Source: Macrostomum lignano
Lineage: Eukaryota
Direction: 5' to 3'
Length of the DNA: 64,000 nt
NCBI GenBank assembly: GCA_002269645.1
Contig: NIVC01001057.1
Span: forward strand, 1 to 64,000
A program made the translations under genes and the position numbers. Shown here in pieces: positions 48,515 through 60,174 of the stretch; the first letter of the stretch is position 1; every line of letters starts with the position of its first letter. The notes under the pieces were generated by a model, which saw nothing but the letters and a program-made list of their open reading frames with translations, ran no database searches and was not told where the DNA came from.

Positions 48515-51500
48515 ATGGAACCGCCTTCCCGGTGGCTGAAGTGTCCTCGGAAGGGCACCCTTGTGAATGGTGAGCTCAATGCGTATTTAATATACAAAGC
48601 GATTCAGTGCTTCATCTTTATTGCCATTTTCCTCACAGACCTGTTCCTTCCCTGCAAGACGCCCTTGGATGCCAGATTCGACAAGGAAGTCCCGCTTCAA
48701 TACCGCTTTGATCTGTTCATGCTGTTCTCGTCTATGGCCCAGTATCAGGTGAGTGACAGCACCAGATTGGGTCAGTGTGTCAGGTGAGTGACAGCACCAG
48801 ATTGGGTCAGTGTGTCAGGTGAGTGACAGGACCAGATTGGGTCAGTGTGTCAGGTGAGTGACAGCACCAGATTGGGTCAGTGTGTCAGGTGAGTGACAGC
48901 ACCAGATTGGGTCAGTGTCAGGTGAGTGACAGCACCAGATTGGGTCAGTGTCAGGTGAGTGACAGCACCAGATTGGGTCAGTGTGTCAGGTGAGCGACAG
49001 CACCAGATTGGGTCAGTGTGTCAGGTGAGTGACAGCACCAGATTGGGTCTGTGTCAGGTGAGTGACAGCCCCAAGTCTTGTCGAACCCCGCAGTGCAAGA
49101 TCGGCATGCTGATCGACCTGACGAACACGGACCGGTTCTACGACAAGGCCCTGGTGGAGGATCAGTTCCGCTGCAAGTACGTCAAGCTGCACTGCAAAGG
49201 CCACGGCCAGACGCCCACGGCCGATCAGGTTGGCCTGTTTATCAACTGCGTCAACAACTTCAGGCGGCAGTATCCGCTTGAGAAGATCGGTGAGCTGCTT
49301 TGAACTAGTTTGAGTGTGGGTGAAACAAGCCGGGGCTCTCACTGACCCGACCCGCCCATTGCAGCTGTGCACTGCACGCACGGGTACAACAGAACCGGCT
49401 TCATGATCATCTCCTACCTGGTTACCGAATTCGACTGGAGGTAAAGCTGGCCATCGTGTCTCATGTTATTTTTTTCTCGGTGATTTCCACACAGCCAGCT
49501 GCATTTCCCATTGCATTAACAGCTGCGAGTTGGCTGTGCAGGCCTTCGCCGAGGCCAGGCCGCCTGGCATCTACAAGCAGGACTACCTGGAGGAGATCTG
49601 GAACCGCTTCGATGACGCCAAGGAGTGTCCGGCTGCGCCTCCGCTGCCAGACTGGTGCTGGGGTGAGCTGGGGCTGTTGCTGGGGTGAGCTGGGGCTGTG
49701 GCTGGGGTGAGCTAGGGCTGGTGTGAGCTGTGGCTGGGATGAGCTGTGGCTGGGGTGAGCTGTGGCTGGGGTGAGCTGTGGCTGGGGCTGTTGCTGTAGC
49801 GTGCTTGCTGGTGCTGCACGCAGGTGTAGGATCCCTGAGCCGCCAACCCAACTGCTTGCCCCGCAGACGAGGACGAGAAGGACGATGACAACCAGCCGAC
49901 GGACGGTGCAGCAGCTGGCGGCGCCCTTGACGACGAGGACGCGGTGGTGCCGGCGGCCAAGGCCTCCGCAGCGGCGGGCCGGAAGCGGCCTTCCAAGGAC
50001 TCGGCGGCGGCTTCAAAAGCCAAGGCTGGCCGCATGGGCGCCATCAAGATCTCGCAGTTCATGTCTGGCGTTGAAGGAGTTCAGCAGGTAGATATCGCGG
50101 CCCAGCCCATCTACCCTTCTGTTTCCCTGCTGTGAAGTTCAGAAACCAGTTTGCAATGTACTTTCCCTTGTCACCGCCGCTGTCAGGTCCTGGACTCGGA
50201 GGTGGTGTCCCGTGTCCGCGAGATCGTCCGTCGCGCCTGTGGCTTCGAAGGCGGCCGCTTTCCCGGTTGCCAACCGGTATCCATGGACGCCAACAACCTG
50301 CAGCTGCTGCAGCAGAAGGACTACCGCGTGTCGTGGAAGGCTGACGGCTTTCGCTACATGATGGCCGTGCTCGGCCGCGGCGAGGTGTACGCCATCGACA
50401 GGGACAACAGCGTCTTCCTGGTGCCCAACCTGGAGTTCCCCAGCCGGAAAGACCCGTCCAAGCACGTGGCCGACACGGTGCTGGACGGCGAGCTGGTCAT
50501 CGACACCGTGCAGGGCGCCGCCATCCCCCGCTACCTCATCTATGATGCCGTGCAGTTCGAGTCCCAGCCTGTGGGCCGCTGCCCCTTCGCCAGGCGGCTG
50601 CAGTGCATCGAGCTGGAGCTCATTGGCCCGCGTAATGCAATGAAGCAGCGCCTGGGGCCTCAGCTGCCGAAGGAGCCCTTCTCAGTGCGTCTCAAGGTGG
50701 GTTCACAGCGAACTGTTTTTTGTCTTGCGATTAAACAGTACCACTCCTGTGTCCAATCACCTGAAATCCCTTTCTCATCACCTGAACTCCCTTTCTCATC
50801 ACCTGAACTCACTTTCATCACCTGAAATCCCACTCAATCACCTGAAATCCAACCCAATTACCTGAAATCCCACTCAATCACCTAAAATCCCACTCAATCA
50901 CCTGAAATCCCACTCAATCACCTGAAATCCCACTCAATCACCTGAACTCCCACCCAATTACCTGAACTCCCACCCAATTACCTGAAATCCCACTCAATCA
51001 CCTGAAATCCCACTCAATCACCTGAAATCCCACTCAATCACCTGAAATCCCACTCAATCACCTGAAGTCCCACTCTTATCGGCTGAAATCAAACGGTTCC
51101 CCCACTCCAGGGCTTCTATGGTCTGGACGCTTGCGTGAAGCTGCTGAGCCAAGAGTTCACCGAGAGTCTGGGCCACGAGACGGACGGCCTCATCTTCCAG
51201 CCGGCCGGACCGAGCGACATCTACACTGGCGGCTCGCTGGCCACGCTGATGAAGTGGAAGCCGCCGGAGCTGAACACGGTGGACTTCAAGCTGCAGTGGA
51301 TCCGCCGGAAGGAGCCCGGCTGCCTGGAGGAACACTTCGGCGACCTGTACGCCGGCGGCAGCGACGTCTCCATGGGCCGCATCCGCATGACAAAGAAGGA
51401 CGCCACCAAATACGACGGAAAGATTGTGGAGTGCCGCTTCGACTCCCAGATGCGCACCTGGGTCATCCTCAAGGAGCGGGTGGACAAGTCCTTCCCCAAC

Positions 51501-52639
51501 AAGATTGATACCGTCAATGGTGAGCGGGCATCCCATCCAATGCCCCAGCCATTCAACAGGCATTCTATCCCTTGTCCCAGCCATTCAGCAACCATTCTAT
51601 TCCCTACCCAAGCCATTCAGCAGGCATTCTATCCCTTGCCCCAGCCATTCAGCAACCATTCTATCCCTGCCCCAGCCATTCAGCAACCATTCTATCCCTG
51701 CCCCAGCCATTCAGCAACCATTCTATCCCTGCCCCAGCCATTCAGCAGGCATTCTATCCCTGCCCCAGCCATTCAGCAGGCATTCTATTCCTGTCCAGCC
51801 ATTCAGCAGGCATTCTATCCCTGCCCCAGCCATTCAGCAGGCATTCTATCCCTGCCCCAGCCATTCAGCAGGCATTCTATTCCTGTCCAGCCATTCAGCA
51901 GGCATTCTATCCCTGCCCCAGCCATTCAGCAGGCATTCTATCCCAATCCCTCAGCAGGCATTCTATCCCAATCCCTCAGCAGGCATTCTATCCCAATCCC
52001 TCAGCAGGCATTCTATCCCAATCCCTTAGCAGGCATTCTATCCCAATCCCTCAGCAGGCATTCTATCCCAATCCCTCAGCAGGCATTCTATCCCAATCCC
52101 TCAGCAGGCATTCTATCCCCTACCCCAGCCATTCAGCAGGCATTCTATCCCCTACCCCAGCCATTCAGCAGGCATTCTATCCCTGCCCCAGCCATTCAGC
52201 AGGCATTCTATCCCAATCCCTCAGCAGGCATTCTATCCCAATCCCTCAGCAGGCATTCTATCCCAATCCCTCAGCAGGCATTCTATCCCCTACCCCAGCC
52301 ATTCAGCAGGCATTCTATCCCCTACCCCAGCCATTCAGCAGGCATTCTATCCCCTACCCCAGCCATTCAGCAGGCATTCTATCCCCTACCCCAGCCATTC
52401 AGCAGGAATTCTATCTTAATCCCTCAGCAGGCATTCACCCCACTGTCTCACTGAGCTACTGTCAGTAGCCACCAACGCGCGCATTTCCCTCCCCCCCGCC
52501 CGCAGCGGTGATCGCCAGCATTCTGAACCCCGTGACCAAGGAGCGGCTGCTGGAATTCGTGGACAACGCTTTGATAGCTCGCGAGCGCAGCCGCGATCGC
52601 CAGCTGATGCCGCCGCCGCGGCCCATGACAGTTCGTTGA
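48515..52639 (+). CDS. RNGTT: mRNA capping enzyme (RNA triphosphatase plus guanylyltransferase)
   Basis: Exons 48515-48569, 48639-48748, 49094-49289, 49365-49440, 49523-49662, 49867-50087, 50187-50696, 51111-51519, 52506-52639. PPSRWLKCPRKG, IDLTNT.RFY, catalytic HCTHGYNRTG, ARPPGIYK.DYL, motif I SWKADGFRY, LDGELVID, HETDGLIFQP, KWKPPELNTVDF, ER.DKS.PN and NPVTKE. Confidence 0.96.
48746..49068 (+). repeat. 33/35-bp array in RNGTT intron 2, each unit containing CAG|GTGAG
   Basis: CAG-GT starting at 48746 (real donor), 48781, 48816, 48851, 48886, 48919, 48952, 48987, 49022 and 49055. Confidence 0.95.
49658..49790 (+). repeat. Degenerate 18-21-bp array in RNGTT intron 5 repeating the donor context CTGGG|GTGAGCTG
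   Basis: Direct reading. Confidence 0.85.
50755..51075. repeat. 20-bp minisatellite (TCACCTGAAATCCCACTCAA), RNGTT intron 7
   Basis: Direct reading. Confidence 0.93.
51530..52440. repeat. 25-31-bp minisatellite (CAGCAGGCATTCTATCCC core), RNGTT intron 8
   Basis: Direct reading; explains the repetitive tails of the ORFs at 51135-52468. Confidence 0.95.
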
Positions 52640-53119
52640 CCCCGAGGGGTGTTGCTGAGCTGATTGAACTGACCATTTCTGCTTCTGCTATAACTGGCTA
52701 CATTGACTGCTCAGTATGCGCAGGCATGTTATAAGGCCTTGCAGCGCCCTCTCTCACGTCTTACATGTCTCTCGTATGTGTCAGTTAATTAATATTTAAT
52801 TAAGATGAGCCACAGTAATCCCGAGATGTACCATTGCCTGTCTGGTGTCAGTTCAACTGTGCCTGATATCTTCCCATCTGATCCCATTGTAAATTCCAAC
52901 TGAGCTGTCCCGCTAGCGGTGTCTGCTAGCGCGCAGCTTTAGTGCGTTTTACCAATAAAATTCCCTGCCTTTGCGCAGGCAAACGGCGGCAGCTTTTTTT
53001 TCATTTATTTTACTGTTTTTTTGCAATAGCATTAGCTGTTGTTTTTATGTACTGGCCTGGGAACGCCAGGGAGTGTCCTAGAGACAGAGTCGAGCGGAAT
53101 TCTGTTTTTGTCCTTGTCG

Positions 53120-53535
53120 GAGCTCCGTATTGCCTAGCCAGATACCTATGTAGCTTCTGGCGTCCCTGCAGGTGTCTGAGAGCTCCGTATTGCCTAGCCA
53201 GATACCTATGTAGCTTCTGGCGTCCCTGCAGGTGTCTGAGAGCTCCGTATTGCCTAGCCAGATACCTATGTAGCTTCTGGCGTCCCTGCAGGTGTCTGAG
53301 AGCTCCGTATTGCCTAGCTAGATACCTGTGTAGCTTCTGGCGTCCCTGCAGGTGTCTGAGAGCTCCGTATTTCCTAGCCAGATACCTATGTAGCTTCTGG
53401 CGTCCCTGCAGGTGTCTGAGAGCTCCGTATTTCCTAGCCAGATACCTATGTAGCTTCTGGCGTCCCTGCAGGTGTCTGAGAGCTCCGTATTTCCTAGCCA
53501 GATACCTATGTAGCTTCTGGCGTCCCTGTAGCTGT
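53120..53535. repeat. 60-bp tandem repeat, 7 copies
   Basis: AGCTCCGTAT recurs at exactly 60-bp spacing in seven successive lines. Confidence 0.96.
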
Positions 53536-53847
53536 CTGATCTGGGAAGCCCCAGTTTGACCCTCCTCCCCTCCGTCTTTCGACGCGCTCGTTAACTATGC
53601 GCGCGCTTCTTCAACGTGCCGCAGGGAGGAAGGTGGGTTGCCGGGCGCTAGCAAGAAAAGCAACGCAAGCGAAATCGCGTGCCGCTTGGTTTTTTTCGAT
53701 TAAGAAGCGGATTTTTGTCTGCACTGCAGGTACGCGGGCCCGCTTCAATAGGAGTTGTTGGTCTGTAGCTTTGCGTGGACTCCAAAAGTCTCGTGGGATT
53801 AATGGATTTAAAGAATTTATTTGGATCTTATTCTCATTAGATTTCAT

Positions 53848-53950
53848 AGCGGTAGATTCCACCTCATAGCGGTAGATTCGACCTCATAATGGTAGATTCG
53901 ATCTTATAACGGTATATTTGACCTCATAACGGTAGATTCAACTTCACAAC
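53848..53950. repeat. 20-bp repeat (CGGTAGATTCGACCTCATAA), left block of the array family at 54870-55315
   Basis: Same GGTAGATTCGACC core. Confidence 0.85.
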
Positions 53951-54129
53951 GGTTACTTGGGTGCCCGTGCACCGACGCTCTTGGGAAGATGAGTCTACGA
54001 TTCTTGACTGTGAGTAAAGGCCCACTCGTGACACCGCAACGAAGACGCGATCGTAGGTTGGTGCAACGAGATTGCCATTGCAGCCATTCAGAGACCGAGC
54101 TTCGCACAAAGTCTAAGATTAACACCAAA

Positions 54130-54800
54130 ATGTTTGGAGCTCCTTCGCCTGGACCGTGAATGCAACAAAGGTGGCTGGTATCTTTGTCTTAGTCCGTCAG
54201 AACATCACCTACGCAGCGTCAACTCCCACTCTTGGCATCGAACTGGACCCTTTTGAGCATCTCAGTCACCTTTGCTCTGGGGAAAGATCAACTCAGGATC
54301 TCTAATGTCTGAGTGCCACTTAGACAGTAAACAACTACTTCTTCAGCCTGCACAAGCTCGAGGACGACGGCTTCCAAGGTTCCAGATTAGTTAACTTTAA
54401 GAAAGCTGATCGGCCCGCTTTCTCTGCTGATTAAGCTAAGTTTTCCATACACGTTCATCTGGGCGAAAAGCCCTAGCAATCCGATGTCTCTACTCTCTGT
54501 AAAGAACGAGATCAGATCCACATAGCCAACCTGTCTTCACCCGCATATCGCCGAACTTCAAAAGCAAATTGATCCCTTCCAAGTCAAACATTGGGGAAGT
54601 CTGGAGAGACAAAATTGCCTCCTTCAGCATCCGTGAAAGCGCCGCAGCTCTATGGCGAACCATCAAAATTCTTGCGGGGAACACTTAAGCCGTCTTCAGC
54701 CGGCATCGCCTTCAAGGGAAAATTTCTCCAGGCTCCAGAAGACATCGCCAACCAGTTAAAACTACTGTTGCACGACACCCTGTACGGAAAACAGGCCTAG
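54130..54800 (+). pseudogene. Decayed non-LTR retrotransposon fragment (APE endonuclease remnant plus linker)
   Basis: Frameshifted peptides RLDRECNKGG / FVLVRQNITY / DQLRISNV*VP (EN-like), GEVWRDKI...ALWRTIKILAG and GIAFKGKFLQAPEDIANQL (linker-like). Confidence 0.6.
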
Positions 54801-54869
54801 CTAGACAGATCAACAGGTAGTGTCGCTTCGGTCAATGGCTCGATGCGTCTGAGTTTTCCGACCTTAGAG

Positions 54870-55315
54870 TCACGGTAGATTCGACCTTATTCAGTGTAGA
54901 TTTGACTTCGACATTAGTTACGGTAGATTCGACCTTATTCAGGGTAGATTCGACTTTATTCAGGGTAGATTCGGCCTTAGTCACGGTAGATTCGACCTTA
55001 TTCAGGGTAGATTTGACTTTATTCAGGGTAGATTCGACTTCGACATTAGTCACGGTAGATTCAACCTTAGTCACGGTATATTCGACCTTCTTCAGGGTAG
55101 ATTCGGCCTTATCCAGGTAAATTCGACCTTATTCAGGGTAGATTCGGCCTTATTCAGGGTAGATTCGACCTTATTCAGGGTAGATTCGGCCTTATTCAGG
55201 GTAGATTCGACTTTAGTTACAGTAGATTCGACCTTATCCAGGTAAATTCGACCTTATCCAAGTAGATTCGACCTTATCCAGGTAGATTCGATCTTACTCA
55301 CGATAGATTCAACTT
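54870..55315. repeat. 20/21-bp minisatellite (GGGTAGATTCGACCTTATTCA) ending about 25 nt before the DMAP1 ATG
   Basis: Direct reading. Confidence 0.93.
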
Positions 55316-55324
55316 TATTGCATG
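55292..55324 (+). other. Spliced-leader-like sequence (relic) upstream of DMAP1
   Basis: TCTTACTCACGATAGATTCAACTTTATTGCATG versus recalled Macrostomum SL 3' part TCTTACTGCGAAGACTCAATTTATTGCATG; last 11 nt identical; SL sequence is from memory. Confidence 0.55.
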
Positions 55325-55340
55325 CGGAAGCAGCCAGCCC

Positions 55341-56339
55341 ATGGCTTCATCCAGCGACGTAAAAGACATCCTTGGCGGCGGTAGTCGCGAGGCCCCGCCC
55401 GCGGAGTCGCCCATCACCCGGGATGTACTGCTGTCCAGAGCGATGCCGCCACCTAACTCCGGCCGGGCTTCGGCGGCCAAGCCAGTTGGCCGGCAGCCGC
55501 AGGTGAAGCGGCCCAAAGGCATGGCCAGGGAGCTGTGGAGCCTCATCAGCGCAGACACGGACACGAACACCCTGATGCCCACCGACACCGCCTACAAGCA
55601 GCCCAAGGCGCGCCTCGGCCCCACCCGGGTCCGCCGCTGGTGCTGGACGGCCTTCCGCAACCCGGCCCGCACCGACCAGCTGGAGCTGCGGCACTGGCGC
55701 CGGGCCTGCGACCCGCCTGCCGAGTACAGCTTCGCCAAGTTCAACAAGCCGCCAGATGTGCCCGACTGCACCGAGGAGCAGCTGGCCGCCTCCCCAGCGC
55801 TGGCCCAATCGGGCTGGACGGAGGCTGAGACTCTCCATCTGCTGGAGCTGATGCGCAGGTGGGTTCGAACCGCTTGGCTTGCTATGAACTCTTGCATCAG
55901 GACATAAGAAATGCCCTGTCTTATGATTGATCCATTTTACCAACTTAAGAATGACCCGAATGTCAATGCAGGTTCCACATGCGGTTTGTCATAGTGCTGG
56001 ACCGCTGGGACTCCGAGAAGTTCGGCCACCGCACCCTCGAAGACCTGAAGGAGCGATTCTACGGCCTGTGCCGGGCGCTGGAGGCCCAGAAGGCGGCCGC
56101 TGCCGGCAAGCCGCCGCCCCGGCCCAGCTTCGTCTACGATGCCGAGCACGAGAGGCGGCGCCGGGAGCAGCTGGGCCTCTTGCTGGCCCGCACCAAGGAG
56201 GAGGCCGCCGAGGAGGAGCGGCTGCGGCATGAGCTGGTGCGCATCGAGCAGCGACGGCAGGACCGGGAGAAGAAGACAGTGCACCTGCAGCGGCTCATCT
56301 CGCAGGTGGGTTGGGCCGCATACTGACTGACATACAAGC

Positions 56340-56378
<39 letters not shown>

Positions 56379-57857
56379 TTTCCCCGCCTCCACTTCAACC
56401 CAGGCTGACGCGACCGCCGCTTCCCGCCGCACCGACACGCCGGGCTCCCGCCGCTCCCACCAGGCTGGTGGCGGCTTCGGTGGCAGCGGCAGCGGCTCCG
56501 GGGTTGGTGGCTCTGCTCGCAAGCGCGCAGCGGCGACGCCATCGGCGCTTCTGGACGGCGGCGCTGGCAGCGGGTTTCGCTTCCAGGATGGCCGGCAGGC
56601 CGGCGCCTCGCTGCGCAGCGCCCGCATCCGCCTGCCGCAGCTGTTCGGCCAGAAGAAGGCGCGCATGCTCGACACCTGCCTGGAGGACCTGCGGGTTGAC
56701 ACCAACCCCATCGCCACGGAGGAGGTGGCTGACGAGTTCAACCAGCTGCGGTCGGACATCCTACTCTACTCGGAGCTGAGGACCCACCTGCAGGCTTTGG
56801 ACTACGAGTTCCAGACGCTCAAGCATCGGTGAGTCCCCGAGTGAAATGGTCATGGAGCGGAATGGTCATTGAGTGGAATGGTCATGGAGCAGAATGGTCA
56901 TGGAGTGAAATGGTCATGGAGTGGAATAGTCATGGAGCGGGATGGTCATTGAGTGGAATGGTCATGGAGCAGAATGGTGATGTAGTGGAATGGTCATGGA
57001 GCAGAATGGTGATGTAGTGGAATGGTCATGGAGCGGAATGGTCATAGAGTGGAATGGTCATGGAGTGAAATGGTCATGGAGTGGAATGGTCATGGAGTGG
57101 AATGGTCATAGAGTGGAATGGTCATGGAGTGAAATGGTCAAGGAGTGGAATGGTCATGGAGTGGAATGGTCATGGAGTAAAATGGTCAAGGAGTGGAATG
57201 GTCATGGAGTGAAATGGTCATGGAGTGAAATTGTCATGTAGTGAAATGGTCATGTAGTGGAATGGTCATAGAGTGGAATGGTCATGGAGTGAAATGGTCA
57301 TGGAGTGAAATGGTCATAGAGTGGAATGGTCATGGAGTAAAATGGTCAAGGAGTGGAATGGTCATGGAGTGAAATGGTCATGGAGTGAAATGGTCATGTA
57401 GTGAAATGGTCATGTAGTGAAATGGTCATGGAGTGAAATGGTCATGGAGTGAAATGGTCATAAAGTGAAATGGTCAAGGAGTGGAATGGTGATGCAGTGG
57501 CCACCAGCTCAACCTTCAACACCCACTGCCCGCAGCTACGAGCAGCTGTCCGGCAAGCCCTGCCCGGTGCACTGGGAGCCGTACCGCGGCCGCAGCATCG
57601 GCGGTCAGGCGCCCTCCGGCCCCGGCACCCGCAACAAGGGCGGCGCTGCGGCCGCTGCCACCTCTGCTGCAGTCGCTGCTGCTGTCACCCCGGGCTCCGC
57701 CGCCGGCGCCAGCACCTCGAGCAGCCCAGTGCTGGCCGCTGGGCCGCCGGGCGGCACCCCGAGTCCGACTCGGCACAAGCGGCAGGCGGCCATCGGCCAG
57801 GAGCAGATGATGAAGAAGCTGAAGACGGTCGGCATGGGTCGCTACAATGTCAATTGA
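55341..57857 (+). CDS. DMAP1: DNA methyltransferase 1-associated protein 1 (SWC4/EAF2; NuA4/SWR1 subunit, SANT domain)
   Basis: Exons 55341-55858, 55972-56305, 56404-56828, 57536-57857. SDVKDILG, KRPKGMARE, F.NPAR.D...HWRR, YSFAKFNK, WTEAET.HL..L.RRF..RFVI..DRW, RTLEDLKERFY, FVYDAEHERRRREQL, EEERL..EL..IE and EEV..EFN.LRSD. Confidence 0.95.
56333..56376. repeat. (GACA)n microsatellite, DMAP1 intron 2
   Basis: Direct reading. Confidence 0.93.
56840..57492. repeat. 16-bp minisatellite (GAGTGGAATGGTCATG), DMAP1 intron 3
   Basis: Direct reading. Confidence 0.95.
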
Positions 57858-58129
57858 TGAAGGCGGTCTGGGCTGACCAAGCAATAACTGTTCAATTTGC
57901 ATCTATTTGAGCATTTTGGTGCGACGTGCAAACCATTGCTGTCCAACCATTTTAGTAATTGTAATTGTAACTAATCGGTAATATAAAATATGCATTACTT
58001 GGCTCTCACATGTGCATCTTGGCTGCGTTCTTGGCCTGCTAATATTTTATGTGCCTTGCATTTTGGTCTTTATATTTGTTCGCATCAAAAAGTAGAAAAA
58101 CTCAGTTCCATCGTCATGCAAATCAGTCA

Positions 58130-58810
58130 TAAAAACAGCCCGTAGCAATCGGTCATAAGCAGCCCATGAGAATCGGTCATAAACAGCCCATGAGAATCGG
58201 TCATAAACAGCCCGTGGGAATCGGTCATAAACAGTCCGTGGGAATCGGTCATAAACAGCTTATTAGAATCGGTCATAAACAGCCCGTGAGAATCGGTCAT
58301 AAACAGCCCGTGGGAATCGGTCATAAACAGCCCGTGGGAATCGGTCATAAACAGTCCGTGGGAATCGGTCATAAACAGCCCGTGAAAATCGGTCATAAAC
58401 AGCTTATTAGAATCGGTCATAAACAGCCCATGAGAATCGGTCATAAACAGCCCGTGGGAATCGGTCATAAACAGTCCGTGGGAATCGGTCATAAACAGCC
58501 CGTGGAAATCGGTCATAAACAGCTTATTAGAATCGGTCATAAACAGCCCATGAGAATCGGTCATAAACAGCCCGTGAGAATCGGTCATAAACAGCCCGTG
58601 GGAATCGGTCATAAACAGTCCGTGGGAATCGGTCATAAACAGCCCATGAGAATCGGTCATAAACAGCCCGTGGGAATCGGTCATAAACAGCCCATTAGAA
58701 TCGGTCATGAACAGCCCGTGGCAGTCGGTCATAAGCAGTCGTGAGAATGTCATAAACCATTATGACATTAAAACCAGGTCATAAACAGCCCGTGGGAATC
58801 GTTCATAAAC
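58130..58810. repeat. 24-bp minisatellite (GAATCGGTCATAAACAGCCCGTGG)
   Basis: Direct reading. Confidence 0.95.
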
Positions 58811-59799
58811 GACCGTGAGAAACTTGTCGGTGCCTCTGCTCCCTAATAAGCGCGGCTGTCATCGGAGCCTCAGCGGCTCATCTGCCAATTGATACTGCAT
58901 TGCTGCAGCTCCTAATGCTGCTCACTCATCCCGCCTTGGCTGAAGGGATCTCAGTTGTCATCTTCGCACCTCTACGTAATTAGTGAATCTTCTGAGCCTC
59001 GGCCTTGCCCCGCCCCTCGCTGAGATCCCCGAGCCTCGCGGGCAAATCAATCAATAATTGGCAAAGGTTTGCAAGCAGAAACAGCTTCATCGTTAATGCA
59101 GCTTTATCATGCTATTAATTTTCAATTCACGTAACCGTGCGGGTTGCGATTCAGTCTTTGGGGGGGAGAGGCGACTTTCTAACTGGCTGAGCATCCGGCA
59201 TGCAGCATCCGCTCTTCATCAGTCACAGTATTTTCTCCCCTTCCGTTTGTCGGAAGCGTCTGTCGCTGCTGGCTCAACTGAAAAGCGTGAAGCCTCCAGC
59301 TTCCTGCATCTTCCCATCTCCATCGGAATTGGGATTATTTTTAACTCAGTAGACTATTGAGTGCCTAGCAACGCGCCCTGTTTATTTTGGATACAACCAA
59401 CCCCTCTATCTATCTGAAGAGCTGTTTTGCTAGTTGCACTGATGCCCCAGCGTCCGGATTAAAGACAGGCGGGAGACGCTGAGTCTGAGGCCTGGCCAGT
59501 GGGGATTAGCCGGCACGATCCCCTCATTTGATTGATACATACTTGGTCCTGATGCGCTGCTGCCCACCCTCGCGCTAATCCCCGGTCTGTTTAATCAGCG
59601 GACGCCACGCTGATCCTCGGCAGGCAAAATAAACAGTGGCAAGCCGCTTCAAAGCTTTTTTTCTGCTGGTAGCCGGCTTCGGCGGCTTCAGGACCGAGAC
59701 GGGCGGTAAAGTGCAAGGCGACCCACGCTTCTCAGCAGGGGGGGGGGCATCACAAACCCGAAATACTTCCCGATATAAAACCGATGCTATTTGAGTTTT

Positions 59800-59990
59800 T
59801 GACGTTATGATATTTAGGGTTTGTGATGTTTCGGGTTTGTGATATTTCTTGGTTTGTGATGTTTCGGGTTTGTGATATTTCTTGGTTTGTGATACTCGTA
59901 TTTCGGGTTTGTGATATTTCGGGTCTGTATCGGGTTTGTCCATGATCGTTGCTAGCCATTTCGGAGTTGTGATATTTCGGGGTTTATGAT
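59800..59990. repeat. About 18-bp degenerate repeat (GTGATATTTCGGGTTT)
   Basis: Direct reading. Confidence 0.8.
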
Positions 59991-60174
59991 GCGGACTCTC
60001 AGCAATAACTGCCCCCCCCCCGGCTATCCCGCGGCACAGAAGCTAGGAAATTTATATTATTTCTTTATAGCTATTTATAGTTATTTATAGTCGGCGATTT
60101 CTAATGCCCCTCCTCATCAACGATCCTTGCTACGTCGATGAATGAGGGCTCTCGCGGTGAACGGGTTCGCACTG

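Noticed and set aside
52942-53559. 205-aa ORF with 20-aa Cys/Trp-rich repeats, and a possible CRISPR-like array
   Set aside because: A 60-bp unit stays in frame by arithmetic; there are no unique spacers, no cas genes and the context is eukaryotic. Not excluded as a transcript, but unsupported.
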